64,000 bases of DNA from Felis catus (Eukaryota), in the NCBI RefSeq assembly GCF_018350175.1, contig NC_058368.1, positions 93,374,001-93,438,000 of the forward strand, written 5' to 3'. Below, in pieces: positions 1-13,324 of the stretch. Below the pieces are notes generated by a model, which worked only from the letters and a program-made list of their open reading frames with translations, was not told the DNA's origin and ran no database searches. Numbering within the stretch: position 1 is the first letter of the stretch; each line of letters begins with the position of its first letter. A program made the translations under genes and the position numbers.

Positions 1-700
1 CCAAGAAAATCAAGCATAAAGTAATAGAAATGGTAATCGGATCTGGTAATCTATCTGGTGATTGTATTAATATATCATTATCAATGGGTCTATTCTATAA
101 AAACATAAGGAAAAAGTCAATTTGTAATATCCACAGAAGGGTAAAATACGTGGATGTGAAATTTCCAAAAGGTATCCCCATTATAGATAAAGAAAATTTT
201 GCAATGCTAAAGAAAAATACAGAGCATGGTGAATAAGTAGAAAGATACACTTTATTCTTGGCTAAGACTCAAAAGAGTAAAGATAGCTATGTTCTCGCCA
301 GTTTCAAGTTGGACAGGTTGACTCTTAAGAGACAATAAAAAAAATAATCAAAATTTGCCATAAAAAAAAAAAAAACCAGGAAGATTCTGAGAGGGAATTA
401 GCTTAAAAACATTACAAACAGATTACAAATGGAATGATTGGTACTGGTAACTACATAAAGAGACTAGTACAACAGAGTAGAGTTTAGAAATAAGCCTATT
501 AATATTAGGGTAACTATCCACTAATCTGGGGGGAGGGAGTGGAAAGACTGTGACTTCCTGAATTAGTGAAAATTCCCAAATGGACTGAAGATTTACATCT
601 GTAGCTTTACAGTAAAACTGTAAGTATGTTATGTGGTAGCCAGAAATGTGTATACTTTCCAAGGTAGAGGGCAAGTTCTCAGACACTGTCCAAAACCTCC
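1..700 (+). mobile_element. Old L1 (L1M) ORF2-region remnant
   Basis: A-rich, degenerate L1-like tracts (e.g. 'ggtactggtaa...agactagtacaacagagtagagtttagaaataagcc'); no intact frame. Confidence 0.6.
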
Positions 701-842
701 CTGTGATTGCCCCTCTAGGCATGTGTCCTGGTTAATTTCAAATGGCCTAAATCTGCTTCTTCCACTACTTAGACTCTGGGTTCGAACACTCCTTTCATTC
801 TTATTTTTTCTGAGTTATAGTTTGTTAAAAAAAAAATAGAGA

Positions 843-945
843 GGGGTCCCTGGCTGTCTCAGTTGGTAGAGTCATGCAACTCTTGATCTTAGGGTTGTAA
901 GTTGGAGCCTGGCAGTGGGTGTAGAGATTACTTAAAAATAATATC
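843..945 (+). mobile_element. Short tRNA-Lys-like carnivore SINE (SINEC_old type)
   Basis: ggggtccctggctgtctcagttggtagagtcatgcaactcttgatcttagggttgtaagtt...gtagagattacttaaaaat. Confidence 0.85.
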
Positions 946-1399
946 TGGAAGACAGGAAGATAGGAAGATAGGAAGGGAGGGAGGGAGGGAGGGAAGAAAT
1001 CAACAACAAAGTACATTTCCTTAAAAGCAGAGACAGTGACTTGCTTGGCTTTTGGAACATAACTGACATGTAGTGCTTGTGTGTCCGAACCCCAATCCCA
1101 CCCTCATGGAAGGGAAGGTCATGCTTCAGGACCCTCTCTGCCCATCCTTCTGCCCTTCCATTCTTATTTCCCATGAACTTCTCATTGTCTTCTCTTTCTG
1201 GCTTTACTGATTCAGATCCCTTTTCTTCTATTCCAGAAACACCCCCTCCAGAAGCACCTCTTTATCTAACAGTGTTCTATGCAATGTGTTCTTTTTTCAA
1301 ATACATTGCAGGCACTAACTGTTCTGGAACTGTTCAAACTACATCAAGAAATTTGCAATCCTAAAATATCAGTTTGAGAAAGAATACACTAAGAACTGA

Positions 1400-2090
1400 C
1401 ACAAAATTTCAAGTCTCCATGTTTAGTGCTCTTTATAAAATGAGAAAATGTGATCAATCAACACAATCCTAAAACACATGTGTATGGACTAAAACTAGAA
1501 CAAAATATGAACATACAAACATACTTGTTACACCAGCACAGAAAAATGATGAAGTTTTTCTTATAATTTTTTAGTATTGTGTAGCAAGAATATGAATGTT
1601 GTGTTATACTTTTAAGATATATTCATCGTAAGCAAATCAAAAATTGAAAGAAAAGTGAAGGAAATCAATAGTCTTTTATATAATACCAGAAAGGTATCCA
1701 TATTATGGTATATTTCCTTTCTTTCTACTATACCATTTTATTTACATACACTTTTCATAAAACATGGGGTTCTGTGAACTGTTTTGTTAGTTTACCTTCA
1801 GATATTAAGCATTCCAGGTCACTTAGAGTTATTTAATATTATTTTATTGGCTATGCAATAATCCAAAGGCTATATCCTAATTCTATTTACTTATTCAACT
1901 ATAGTTATACATTTAGAGGTTAAAAGAGAAAATATTTAAGACAATTGCTTTAAGAGCAGTTAGAGTATTTCTGGCCATTTACTTAGGATGGATATATATA
2001 TTTTTTTTTCTTCCCTCTAGGAGAGATGTTTGAAAGGAGAATTACTAGTTCAAATTTAAAAAATTTCCTACCTCCTTATGTATAAGAATT
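1400..2090. mobile_element. Old L1 3' remnants (L1MC/L1ME-like), AT-rich
   Basis: Degenerate L1 3'UTR-like sequence, apparently in both orientations. Confidence 0.4.
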
Positions 2091-2434
2091 GGTTTCCATG
2101 ATCAACATCAGCCAGGTACCTCAAAAATCAATAATTGCCTTTGGAATTCCTTTTTCCCCCAGTTACAACAGGGTAAGATCATTTAAAACCCAGTCTTCAA
2201 AGGCTGACAGACGAAGGTTTCAAGAGATGAGCTCACTGGCTAAAGTGTAGTTAGTTAGAATGGTTACTTTGTAGCTTACTTTAAAATAAAATTGGGGTCT
2301 CTTCTCTTTTTTTTTAATCCACTCTGGAAGACCTTAGGTGAAAACCTAAGTAAGAACACCTACATGTGAAAAGAACATACAAAACTCCCCCAAATGCCTC
2401 CAATTCAACTTGTAAGTACTCATGAAACCCAAGA

Positions 2435-2603
2435 CTGTCAAAATCAGCATCTGTCAGAATCACTTGTGAAAACAAACACAGGTGGGCTCCCCCTCCAGCG
2501 TTTCCAATGTAGTAGGTCAGGTTGCAGACTTGGATGTGCACCCCTACCACATCCCCAGTGAAGCTTATGTGCCTGATTTGGGGACCACACTTGGAGAATC
2601 ACT
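2435..2603. mobile_element. MER5A-like hAT-Charlie MITE
   Basis: 'tcagaatcacttg...gggaccacacttggagaatcact' matches MER5A internal and terminal motifs. Confidence 0.7.
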
Positions 2604-3104
2604 CCAGGAAATGATTATATTGGGTAACCGTTAGGTGCCCAGAATGTCCTAGGTCCATGAAGATGGCAGTCAACAAGACAGCCAAGGTCTCTGCTCTCAT
2701 GGAGCTTATATTCTCATCCACAAATGTACAGATATATGATAATAAGCAAATAACCAAGCAAGAAGAATTTTCTGGCAGTGCTAAGTGTTACATCCTCACA
2801 GAAATTCTCTGGGGCGGGGAACTGGTGTATCCAAATAGAGATTACTGAGACCTATTCTCCAGCTGTGTCCTTTTCCGCTGGTCATTGTAGCAGGGTCTGA
2901 GCCAGCCAGATGAATCAAACTACATGTTATGTGTTACCCAGTCCCTTCTCAAACTAGGCATAAAGACCAACCCCAGGCAGAAAACTCAGGAGTCAGAGAA
3001 AAAAGAAGAATATTCCTCCCATTTACAATTCTGAGAAGCACTCTGCTATACTTAAGAAGCAGCAGGGAAAAATAGGTCTTTTTGCATCAGAAAATGGAAC
3101 TCTA

Positions 3105-3432
3105 GGGGTGCCTGGGTGGCTCAGTCGGTTGAGTGTCCGACTTCAGCTCAGGTCATGATCTCACTGTCTGTGAGTTCAAGCCCCACGTCAGGCTCTGTGC
3201 TGACAGCTCAGAGGCTGGAGCCTGCTTTGGCTTCTGTGTCTCCCTCTCTGTCCCTCCCCCACTCATGCTCGCTCTCTCTCTCGCTCTCTCTCGCTCTCTC
3301 GCTCTCTCGCTCTCTGTGTCTCTCTTTCTCAAAAATAAACAAACACTAAAAAAAGAAAGAAAAGAAAAGAAAAGAAAAGAAAAGAAAAGAAAAGAAAAGA
3401 AAAGAAAAGAAAAGAAAAGAAAAGAAAAGAAA
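3105..3432 (+). mobile_element. CanSINE (SINEC_Fc-like) with (GAAAA)n tail
   Basis: ggggtgcctgggtggctcagtcggttgag head, CT tract, A-rich tail; TSD aaaatggaactct on both sides. Confidence 0.95.
3352..3432 (+). repeat. (GAAAA)n pentanucleotide microsatellite
   Basis: About 15 near-perfect GAAAA units. Confidence 0.95.
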
Positions 3433-3904
3433 ATGGAACTCTCCCTGCCTCTCCTACTCAAGGCCTAGGGATACTTAAGGAAAATCAATACAATGAAATG
3501 ATATATACAAACTACAAACATGGACCACCTGACTCAGCAGAATCTGTGGAAATGAGACAAGTAACGAAAGCTAAAACTGCTTCAAACAAAATGGGAATGA
3601 AGTACTAAATGTAATTGAATACCACATACCTACCTCACATCTGCAAGATTCCTTCTTCCAGAACGCACTGGCTATTAAGCATTAAAGGACATTAGAAAGC
3701 AGGGATTATGCCACCCCACCTATCCCATCCCCACAGCCCACTACAGGATTGCCTTAAAGATATGCTAGGGAAGCAAAGAGCCCTGCTGCCTTTTGCTTGT
3801 ACCCAAGGCTTTCAAGCAGGACCTAATAAGAGGTCATTGGTACAAATAAATGAGCTTCTTAGCATTTACCTGCTGCTTGCCATTGGCTTGAGGGCCAAAG
3901 ATAG

Positions 3905-4107
3905 TTAATCATCTGACTCCTGAGTTCTGCTCAGGCCATGATCTCATGATTCATTAGATCAAGCTCTGAGTCAGGCTCTGGGTTGACAGTGTGTGGAACC
4001 TGCTTGGGATTCTCTCTCTCTCTCCCTGTTTCCCTCCCCCTCCCCTGCTCATGTTCACTCTCTTGCATGCTGTCTCAAATAAATAAATAAACATTTAAAA
4101 AAAAAAA
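3905..4107 (+). mobile_element. Diverged CanSINE
   Basis: ctcaggccatgatctc...cctgcttgggattctctc...aataaataa. Confidence 0.85.
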
Positions 4108-4199
4108 GTACCTAACCTGTGTCAGGTGTATAATTTCCACTTGTGTCTGTCCTTTCCTTAGTGGAAACAAAAAAGCTGTGGCTTTTCATGATCCAGCTC

Positions 4200-4400
4200 A
4201 TCAGACTAACAGAACTTTCTGTGAGAATAAAAATGTTCCATATCTATGCTGTCCAATACCATAGCCATTAGCCTCGTGTGACTGTTGATCACTTACAATT
4301 TGGCTAGTGTGTGACTGAGAACTTGAATTTATTTTACCTAATTTAATTTAGAGTTCATAGACATTTTTGAGTCTAGTGGCTACCACAGTGGACAGAGCAG
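4200..4400. mobile_element. MER3-like hAT-Charlie element
   Basis: 'agaactttctgtgag..aaatgttccatatctatgctgtccaatacc..tagtggctaccacagtggacagagcag'. Confidence 0.8.
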
Positions 4401-6056
4401 ATCCAAATTCTTCTCAAAATACTTGCCATATCTCTGTAGCAGAGATTTTTGCCAGACAAATCAATATTGAACTTTCTGCCCTGTCAGGAACCTGAAATTG
4501 TTCCCCTAAGATTGAAATTCATTCAATGCATTCAATTCATTCAATTTAGGACTGCACAAGTAGGCAGGGATTGTAGAGATTTCTTCCAAGATCAAAGGAC
4601 ACACTTCCTCTACCAATTTACTCTATTCAGTGAGATTCAGCTAAACCATGGGAAGGTCTTGCCTCTCTGGTAGGTGTCTATCCCAGTCCAACGGGGTCCT
4701 CATGCTCTCCCTCACCCCCGCAGTAGGTGACTGTCCTGGGACACTTAACGTGTCTCTGTGTTCTTCCTCCCTACAAGAAACCCAAGAAACCAAGGACACA
4801 CACAGGCTTGCCATCAAGACGGATCCACAAGCATTACCATTCACCTTGTTTGCAACTTTTAGCAAACTGGTAAACAGTAGACCCAACCTGGAGAATGGTA
4901 CTGTTAAACAGAGACATGTCTTCCCTGGAATGTCTACCAGGGAAATTTCCCTTTGATCTCTTAATAGTCACACGTAATCTGGTGTCAGCTTTTATAAATG
5001 GGCTTCCACACCTGGAGTCTTGGTTTCAAGGTGGCCAGGCATGTCTACACCATGACTCAACCTTCTGCTAGTCAGCACAGCATTAACAATTCATGTCAAA
5101 GTCCAGGAACCATGCTTTTCTCTTGAATGTCCCAACCTCTCCTATTCCCTAGGTTTTCATTGGGAGCCAAAATTCAAAAAGACTAGACATGATTTGATTT
5201 TACTGTAAAGCAAACCATGTGTGCTGACCAAAGCTGGTTTAAAGCAGTTATTAAGTAATGAGGCTCACCTTCCACTACATTAATCTCTTCTGCTGTCACT
5301 CCCCTCCTCCACCCAGTCCCATCAATGGTGGTGCCTTAGGTTCCTAGTCACTTCCTACTGCCCAGGGTCTCAATGGGAGACATGACATCCCAGACACAGC
5401 ACCCTACTTTAAATGGGTGGTTCACTATTTAGAAACTCTCACCAATCGATCGTTCTCAAAATTTACCTACTGCAGATGCAATGAGTAAAAAGAGCCTTTC
5501 TAGATAAAGTAATCTAAAAAAGCAGCATGCCCAAGGTGTGAATCTGATAAAAATAAGTGTGCACTGAGATTCAATGACCTTACAGAAATAATGCCTTGAC
5601 TCATTTTAGGGTTAAAATTGCAGGCCTCACAGCAGGTCTAGAAGATATATTTAGACTTACAAATAGTTTGGAACTCTTCAGTCATATATAAAAAGAATTC
5701 CTCCACCTATAGCTACAGCAATATCAGTAATAAATCAAAACTAACTGACCCAAGAATCCACTTAACTGATACCTCTCTGCTATAACGTAAATCGTGACCA
5801 TTCTGGGTGAAGGTGCATGAACTCGTCTAGGTTTCCAAAGTGTAGTTAAATTATTCTGACCCAAGTCAGAAGCATGGTCCCTGTTTTAGGTAAGGCATTT
5901 CCATATCTTTGTCTTATTCTAGACTGCATCCTTTTACCATTAACATAGATTCAGTGGCCTCAAAATGTTACAAAAAGCATAGTGCCAAATCATCCAGTTC
6001 ACATTTTCAGAAGTTGTTGACAACCCACGTAAAAGGGGAAACAAAAATTAGCAGTA

Positions 6057-6265
6057 GAGGCACTTGGGTTGGCTCAGTCACTTGAGTGTCTGACTCTGTT
6101 TTGGCTCAGGTTATGATCTCACAGTTCGTGAGTTCAAGCCCCACATCAGGTTCCACACTGACACTGCAGAGCCTGTTTGAGATTCTTTCTCTCCCTCTCT
6201 CTCTGCCCTTCCTCTGCTCACTCTGTCTCTCTCTCAAAATAAATAAAGCAATTTAAAAGAAAAAA
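6057..6265 (+). mobile_element. CanSINE
   Basis: tRNA-like head, CT tract, aataaataa tail. Confidence 0.9.
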
Positions 6266-6699
6266 GTTAGCTGTAAAACCAGATCAGAAGTCTTGACCCA
6301 GAGACCTTCTCAACCTCTATTATATGAATGATAGACCATGTCTGAACTTGGACTTTCAAATGGTGAAAATCCAGGGGGTTCTCTAAAGCATATTACCTGG
6401 TTGCAAGCTCCAGAAGCGTTACTGGTATCATAAAGAAAGGAAAGGAGAGACCATCCACATACATAACATTGATACTTCCTTTTTAGAGCTGTGACTCCAA
6501 GATGTTGTTTCTGAATAGCATGTTTCTGGGGATACACCTTCCTCACCATTCTACTGAGGGACTTATCCTGCAAAAGGCGTTCCCCAGCATGAATTTATCT
6601 AACCAGAACTTGTGAGCAACATCAGTGACATGAAATCATGAGACTGCATTGTCTGTCACCTCTAAGAATCATGAATACATGTTTTATTTTCTTTGATTC

Positions 6700-7705
6700 G
6701 ATTCAATTCAGGATATCCCCAGTCTCCATGGGTCTTGGGAACATATGAGCACAGACCCAAACTTAGATACGTAATGGGCTTCCCAAGTTCATATAGTCAA
6801 GTCAAAGCCCCTTGTCCTATACTCCTCAAGCCTGTCCTTCTCAAACTTCCCCAGTATGGAATATGGCAATATAGAAAGAACCCCACACTCCTCTCTATTT
6901 CATACCCTACATTCAATCCAGCAGAAAAAAATTTTGTCACTACCTTCAAACGATACACAGAATCTGATCACTACTCACGATCTCCCATGCTACCACCTTG
7001 GTCCAAGCCACCATCTTGTTTCACCTGATTACTGTATCACCTAAGCACTCTGTCTGCTTCCTCCTTTCACCCTCCATTTCCAACGCAGCACCCAGAGTAC
7101 TCTCGTTAAAAATGTACATCAGATGATGTTCCCTCAAAGCCTTACATTAACTTCCCAGATCACAAAGAACAAAAGTACAGTGTCTCAGCCTCCTGCCCCT
7201 CCTTTTCAGACCTCCTCCCTTGCTATCCTGCTCCCAGTTCACTCTGCCTCAGACACCGCCATGGCCTCGTTGACCTTCCTCAAACCAGCCAGGAAATCTC
7301 CTGCCTTGGGACTTTACACTTGTTGATTTTCTTCCCCAGATGGATAGTTGATCTCTCCCCTCCTTCACCTTAGATTTGTACCAAATATGTCACATTTTTA
7401 GTAAGACCTTCTCTGGAATTCCAATCTAAAAGTAAAGTATCTCCCCCAACACACACACACACTCACCTCCTATATTCCACTCTTGCATAATCTTTCTTTA
7501 TCTGCAGCACATATCACTACTTACCACACCACGTATTGTCTTTACTTATTTCCTTTTTTATTGGATTTCTTCCCTATTTCTTCCTTTATATTCCCTACAT
7601 AAGCTCTGGGAAGGTAGAAATTGTCACATGCTTTGTTCCATTATTGAATCCCCAGCATCTAGAACAATACCAGACATATAACAGGTGCTCAACAAATATC
7701 TGGGA
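6700..7705 (+). mobile_element. L2 LINE 3' remnant
   Basis: C/T-rich L2 motifs ('taccaccttggtccaagccaccatc') ending 'cccagcatctagaacaataccagacatataacaggtgctcaacaaatat'. Confidence 0.8.
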
Positions 7706-8089
7706 AACGGGAATATGCTGATATGTAAGCAGGTTTTGTGAACTTGTAGCTCTCTCCTGCCTTCTTTCGGGACCTCACTTTTACTCTCCCATCTCAGGTA
7801 GTCCCAGCTGGTATCTGACATGAGGACGCCCCTGTCACTGCTGCCCTGTCTCCCCTGCTTTGCTCCAGCTCCTCCATCATCACCAAGTGGGTCACAGGCT
7901 GTGCTGCCGCTCCCACCTCCATGCTCCTGCTCTCCAGGCCCCTTTTGGTCTGATGTCCACCTGTTTCTGCACACCTGGGCCATGGCCACCAGTGCCAGCC
8001 CAGCATTAAGACTGCCCTCCACTAACGCTTCTGGCCCAAACACAACCACAAACATTTTCCTCGATTCCTTGGGGCAACTTCTTTGCTTA

Positions 8090-8260
8090 TTAATGTAATC
8101 CTGAGGAAATGGCTCAACCTCTCTGCTCCTCAGTATTTTCATCTGTAAAATGCAAATAATACCGAACTTACTGCATGGTTAGAAGGCTGGTGCTAATATA
8201 GTCAAAGCATTGAGCAGCCCTGTGTGCTGGAGAAGAACTCAAGAGACAGTAGCTATAATG
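8090..8260 (+). mobile_element. MIR
   Basis: 'cctcagtattttcatctgtaaaatg' core. Confidence 0.7.
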
Positions 8261-8714
8261 ATCATGATGATGATGACTACTTACCCAATGGTGGCAAAGC
8301 TTGTTATAATTGTTCTTGAGAGCTGCTATTCTGAGAACCCACAGGCCCCGGCCCCTGGTCCCAGGCTCCCCCTTAGGGCTGACTTCCCATGGTAAGGCAA
8401 ACAGCAGCCCCCCCATACAGGAGCACCCCGAGTTATATGTGGGCGTGTAGGAGTCCAAGCCCAAAACAGCAAGGCCACAGAAAGGCAGGAATGACACCTT
8501 GTCTGGATGTAAGATCTGCCTACTTTCCTGGGCCCTGACTCCTCTTCTCATGAGCACCAGGGTAGACATCCAATATCTGTCCCCTTTAAAGGCAGCCCTT
8601 GTGTCCCAACCACAACAGTGTTATCTATCTAATCACTAACTCACACACACCACCCAACACCAGTAGCAGGGATTCCCTTCTTTCAGTTCCTTTTTCTTTG
8701 GGGGGGAAAAAAAA

Positions 8715-8974
8715 GTCTTTAGCTCTGTGACCCTGGGCAAGTTGCTTCAATGCTCTGTGCCTCATTTTCTCAGCTACAGAAGTAGATAAAATTGTATCTG
8801 CCTTGGGGTACCTGGGTGGCTCAGTCGGCTAAGTGTCAGACTTTGACTCAGGTTAAGATCTCGAGGTCTGTGAGTTCAAGCCCCACTTCGGGTTCTGGGC
8901 TGACAGCTCAGAGCCGGAAGCCTGCTTTGGATTCTGTGTCTCCCTCTCTCTCTGCCCCTTCCCCGCTCACACTA

Positions 8975-9015
<41 letters not shown>

Positions 9016-9150
9016 TCAAAAATAAAAAAAAATTACCAAAAAAAATTATATCTGCCTCATAATGTTGTGTGGATGAAATGACTTCATGCATACCAAGAAC
9101 TTAGAAGAGTGCCTGGTATACAGTGAAAACCTTAACAGAGTAGCCATTAC
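8715..9150 (+). mobile_element. MIR interrupted by CanSINE (8805-9046) carrying (GT)n
   Basis: 'tgtgaccctgggcaagttgcttcaatgctctgtgcctc'; SINE TSD aaatt(g/a)tatctgcct; (GT)n at 8976-9014. Confidence 0.85.
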
Positions 9151-10391
9151 TATTCTCCCCTAGCAATAGTATAGAGACCATCTCTTCCAGCACAGAACCA
9201 TGACAAGCACTGCCTGGGTTATCCATCTGCTGCCTCTCCAGGCCTGGAAACCCTGAGGGCTGGAACTAATTGAGCACCGCATTTCTATTTTCCCTGTTTA
9301 GTAGAGGGTCTAGCACAAAGTAGATCCTCCATGCATTTTTAATGAGAACATTAAAGACACGATAAATGCCTTCATGAATGAACGATTCTGTTACTCAGGG
9401 TCACAGCAAAGCCCAGGTTACTGAAGAAAGATAATGCCTATAAGCAGGAAACAATAAAGCAAATAAAGAGAGAAAGCGGCGTCTATCAAGAACAGGGCTA
9501 TTCCTTGAGGATGTGGTAGAACATCGAATTCATGATGGATCGGGGCCCCCGGGAGGCATCCATCACTTCTAATCCTGGGCTCTGCTGGAGGAAATGAACC
9601 CCACATGCATAAATTAGTGAAAGACATGATAGAGATTAGTGTTCCTTTTGCAATTTCCTCTTCTCTGCAGCCGCTTATGCAGATTGAACAAGATGTCACT
9701 GTTACATCAGGAACAAAGTGGGGCGGAAATTGATAAAAATAAAGCCTTATCCTGGATTTGATCAACCCCTATCTAAAGGCTTCCCTCAAGGAAAAGACTC
9801 CACAAGGAAGAGGTATTGCTATTTTAATTCTGATATTTAATGATATTGCAAAAGCCATTCTGAAGTTGCTAGAGGACAGCCAAAAGAAAAAAAAATCATA
9901 ATTGTAAAACCAAGGGAAAGAAGAGGGTAGAGAGAAAGAATCTAAGTAGAATTCCTACAGTTTAAAGTGACATCTGAGCTGACACAGAAGCAAGAGAAGC
10001 CATAGCCTTGGGGGCAGGAGACCAACTTTTTTTGGGGGGGAAATGGTTTTTCTTCTGTTGAAGGGGTGTATTGAGTTAAGCAATGGGCCCTCTGGGTCAC
10101 TATACAGATCATGAGCAAAGATGCCTATGAAACTGAGCCTGACAGAACTAGACAAGTACTAATGAGCAGTTTCACATAAAGGTTTTAATTTGATATGCTA
10201 TTAATCTGAAATATGGGTGTTTAATTATTTTCATTTTACAGATACAAGTGAGACACAAAGTGACTTTCTCAAGGCCATCAATAGACAGTGAAACTTGGCT
10301 TTGCACACAGGCATTCCACCCTAAGGATTCAACCTCCTCTCTGTCGTGTGTCCTACGTGTCCAGGCCTTTGATTTAAAATGAGAGAAACTC

Positions 10392-10608
10392 GGGGTGCCT
10401 GGGTGGCTCAGTTAGTTAAGCATCCAACTTTGGCTCAAGTCATGATCTCATGGTTCATGGGTTTGAGCCCTGCATCAGGCTCTGTGGTGACAGCTCAGAG
10501 CCTGGAGCCTGTTTTCAATTCTGTGTCTCCCTCTCTCTCTGTCCCTCCCCCACTCACTCTAGCTCTTGCTCTCTTGCTCTCAAAAATAAACATAAAAAAA
10601 TGTTTTAA
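10392..10608 (+). mobile_element. CanSINE
   Basis: Canonical head/body/tail; TSD aaatga(g/t)agaaactc. Confidence 0.95.
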
Positions 10609-11649
10609 ATGATAGAAACTCATACATGAAATGTACTTCAATCTTCAATCAGTAAACATCAGTAAATGGAAAGAAGGGATTGAAGGTAACTCATGGAATA
10701 TGATACAGAGAACAACTACTGTCCCCAGGAACCACCTTGAACTCCTTAGTTAAGAGTCTTTGTGCAAAAGACAGAGAATGACAGTATCTCAACAATTGTG
10801 GAGACAGTGACTCTACCTACCTTGGCCACTGTGATCTGAAGCAATACTAATTCAAGAAGCCAAGAACAAGATTTTAAAAAAGAAACCTGAAAGCATGGGC
10901 AATGATAAATATATCAATAGAATATGGAAAAGGTAGCCAAAATAGTCACTCTGGATTGAAGAAAGTCATGTATTCAGGAACCTAACTCATATTTATGTAA
11001 ATTAAAGCGATTTAAGTAAAGAGTTGAAATTAAAAGACTCGAATAAAAGAGGAACATTATTATTTATTCTTCCAGAGAACTTAGCATTCTGTAGAATGTT
11101 TCATAATAACGCTTATGTTATTCTCAAAACTTCCCCCAGATTGGCTCATATTTCTTATTATTGTTTAAGAAAACCAATGTTTACGTTAGGCTAAAACACA
11201 GATTCAAGAATTTGTGTTTTTTTTTTTTTTCCCAGCGCTGGCTCAACTTTGAGAAGAGAAAAAGGAAAAACAAAACAAATCCTGAAAAGGCGAACACAGA
11301 AGGTCTCAGGGGAGATGGCCAGGAATGGGATCTCACTTTGCCACCCCCCCCCCAGAAACCCAGCCAAATGGGTAGGCCATATGGAGGCAAACTGCTCACA
11401 CCTTTGGGTTCTTGCTGAGCCATACAGCCCAAGAAATACCATTTGTTTTTTCTCTGTTCAAAACAAGAATAAGAAGGTATAACCACCACAGCACAATTAC
11501 CAGCTCCCAATGCCCCTTATTCTCCACTCTGTTTATTGCAACAATATGGTCCCTATACCTGTGGATCATTTCCACCATTTTCCCCTCCTTTGCGCTTGAC
11601 AAACAAGGGAGTCTTTCCGTCTGACCATAGATGCTACTATCATACCCAT

Positions 11650-11935
11650 TTTTTAATTTTTAAAAAATTTTTTAAATGTAATTTATTGTCAGGTTAGCTA
11701 ACAGTGTATCCAGTGTGTTCTTGGCTTGAGAGTAGATTCCCATGATTTACCACTTACGTACAACCCCCAGTGCTCATCCCAACAAGTGCCCTCCTCAATG
11801 CCCATCACCCACGTTCCCCTCCCTCACACCCCTTCATCAACCCTGTTTGTTCTCTTTATCTAAGAGTTTCTTAGGGTTTGCCTCCCTCTCTGTTTGAAAC
11901 TATTTTCCCCCTTCATTTCCGCCATGCTCTGCTGT
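11650..11935 (-). mobile_element. Carnivore L1 3'-end fragment (5'-truncated) inserted in a MIR
   Basis: 'cagtgctcatcccaacaagtgccctcctcaatgcccatcaccc' L1_Carn 3'UTR, poly-T at left, TSD tatcataccc(a/c)tttt. Confidence 0.85.
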
Positions 11936-13103
11936 TATCATACCCCTTTTAAAAGTAAGTAGAGGCTTGGAAAGTTTGATCAACTTGGCCAAAGTTGTAA
12001 GGCTAGTGAATAACAGAGCTGAGGTTCAAACCCAGAAGTTTGGGCCCAGAGGCCGCTCTGTTCCCTGTGTCTGTCCTGCATCTTACTTCAATGTCCTTGC
12101 CCTGAAGGTAAGGAGCACGGAACTGGAATCAGCACCTTCAGCATATCAGAGACTTTTCTGATTCTGTTCAACTAAAGGCAACACTCCTGAAAGTTCTCAC
12201 TTGTACAGACACGTTTTAAAACCAACCCCAAGGTTTCCCTTCCTGGAATTCATTCCAGTAATGAAATCATTTAAAATCCAACTATGGATTTGTCATTTCT
12301 CAAGAAAAGTACCTTCCTGGCTCAGAATTCCTTAGGATTATGGCTGGATGAATAAGTGGCTCATGAATATGATCACTCCTGGCTAGCGGCAGGAAGGGTG
12401 CCCCAAACCTGCAATTAGAAGGGGTGACATGACTCCCCCCACCTGCTGGGTGTTTGGGGGAAATGAATCATCTGAGCAGGCACCCACAAATTTTCACAGT
12501 TCAGAAAAAAATGCATTGGCAGAAAAAAACAGAACTGCGTTCACTAACCAAGAAAATATAACCCTAGGTTTAAAAGCAGGGGGAGAGGAGGCTCCCTTTC
12601 TCTTTCTTTGTAACATCATAATTTAGCCTTTCAGCCATGTGCTGCCATGCTTGATCTTTTCCCTTTTAATTTATTATTTGTGCTGCTGCCACTGGAAAAC
12701 TTTGATGTAAGGAACCCAAGGAAGGCAAGGATGTCATCTTGGGGAAGCAGGGATGGGGCTTCTGTAACCATGATCTCTCTCCCTCACCTGGTTTCTGTCG
12801 GGCATACTCCAGTTGTATGAATTGTAAAGGAGAAGAATATTACCTCAAGGGTCTTCAAGGAACCTACTGCAAGGAGAGGAGACTGCAAAAACAATTAGAC
12901 TCAGACTATCAAAGCTGAGGTCTGTCTGCAGACGTGCTAATTTACCATATCAGTTTGAAGGTTAGTAACCTTCTTGAGCATCTAATAACTGCCAGGTATT
13001 TCAGAGGTCATGGAGATACAGCATGTGATAGATATGTTAATCACTTATCCATTCCTTGCAATTTCCTTGCTTTGACAACACTAATTTTACGTATCCAACC
13101 ATC

Positions 13104-13322
13104 AGGGCGTCTGGGTGGCTCAGTCGGTTAAGCATTCAACTTTGGCTCAGGTCATGATCTTGCGGTTCTTGAGTTCGAGCCCCACATTGGGCTTTGTGCT
13201 GACAGCTCAGAGCCTGGAGCCTGCTTCAGATTCTGTGTCTCCCTCTCTCTCCACCCCTCCCCTGCTTGCACACCCTCTCTCTCAAAAAAATAAAATAAAA
13301 CATTAAAAAATTTTTTTAAAAA
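13104..13322 (+). mobile_element. CanSINE
   Basis: Canonical structure. Confidence 0.95.
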
Positions 13323-13324
13323 GA

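Noticed and set aside
843..945. Short SINE heads as tRNA-Lys genes
   Set aside because: Diverged, cloverleaf broken, followed by the SINE-specific tail.
6398..6567. Minus-strand 25-nt and 21-nt AG...GT segments
   Set aside because: Weaker splice context; such matches are common by chance.
7624..8142. 172-aa minus-strand ORF and the overlapping 'MEELEQ' frame
   Set aside because: Ends lie in MIR and L2 remnants; similarity to the NHEJ1 N-terminus is limited to six residues.
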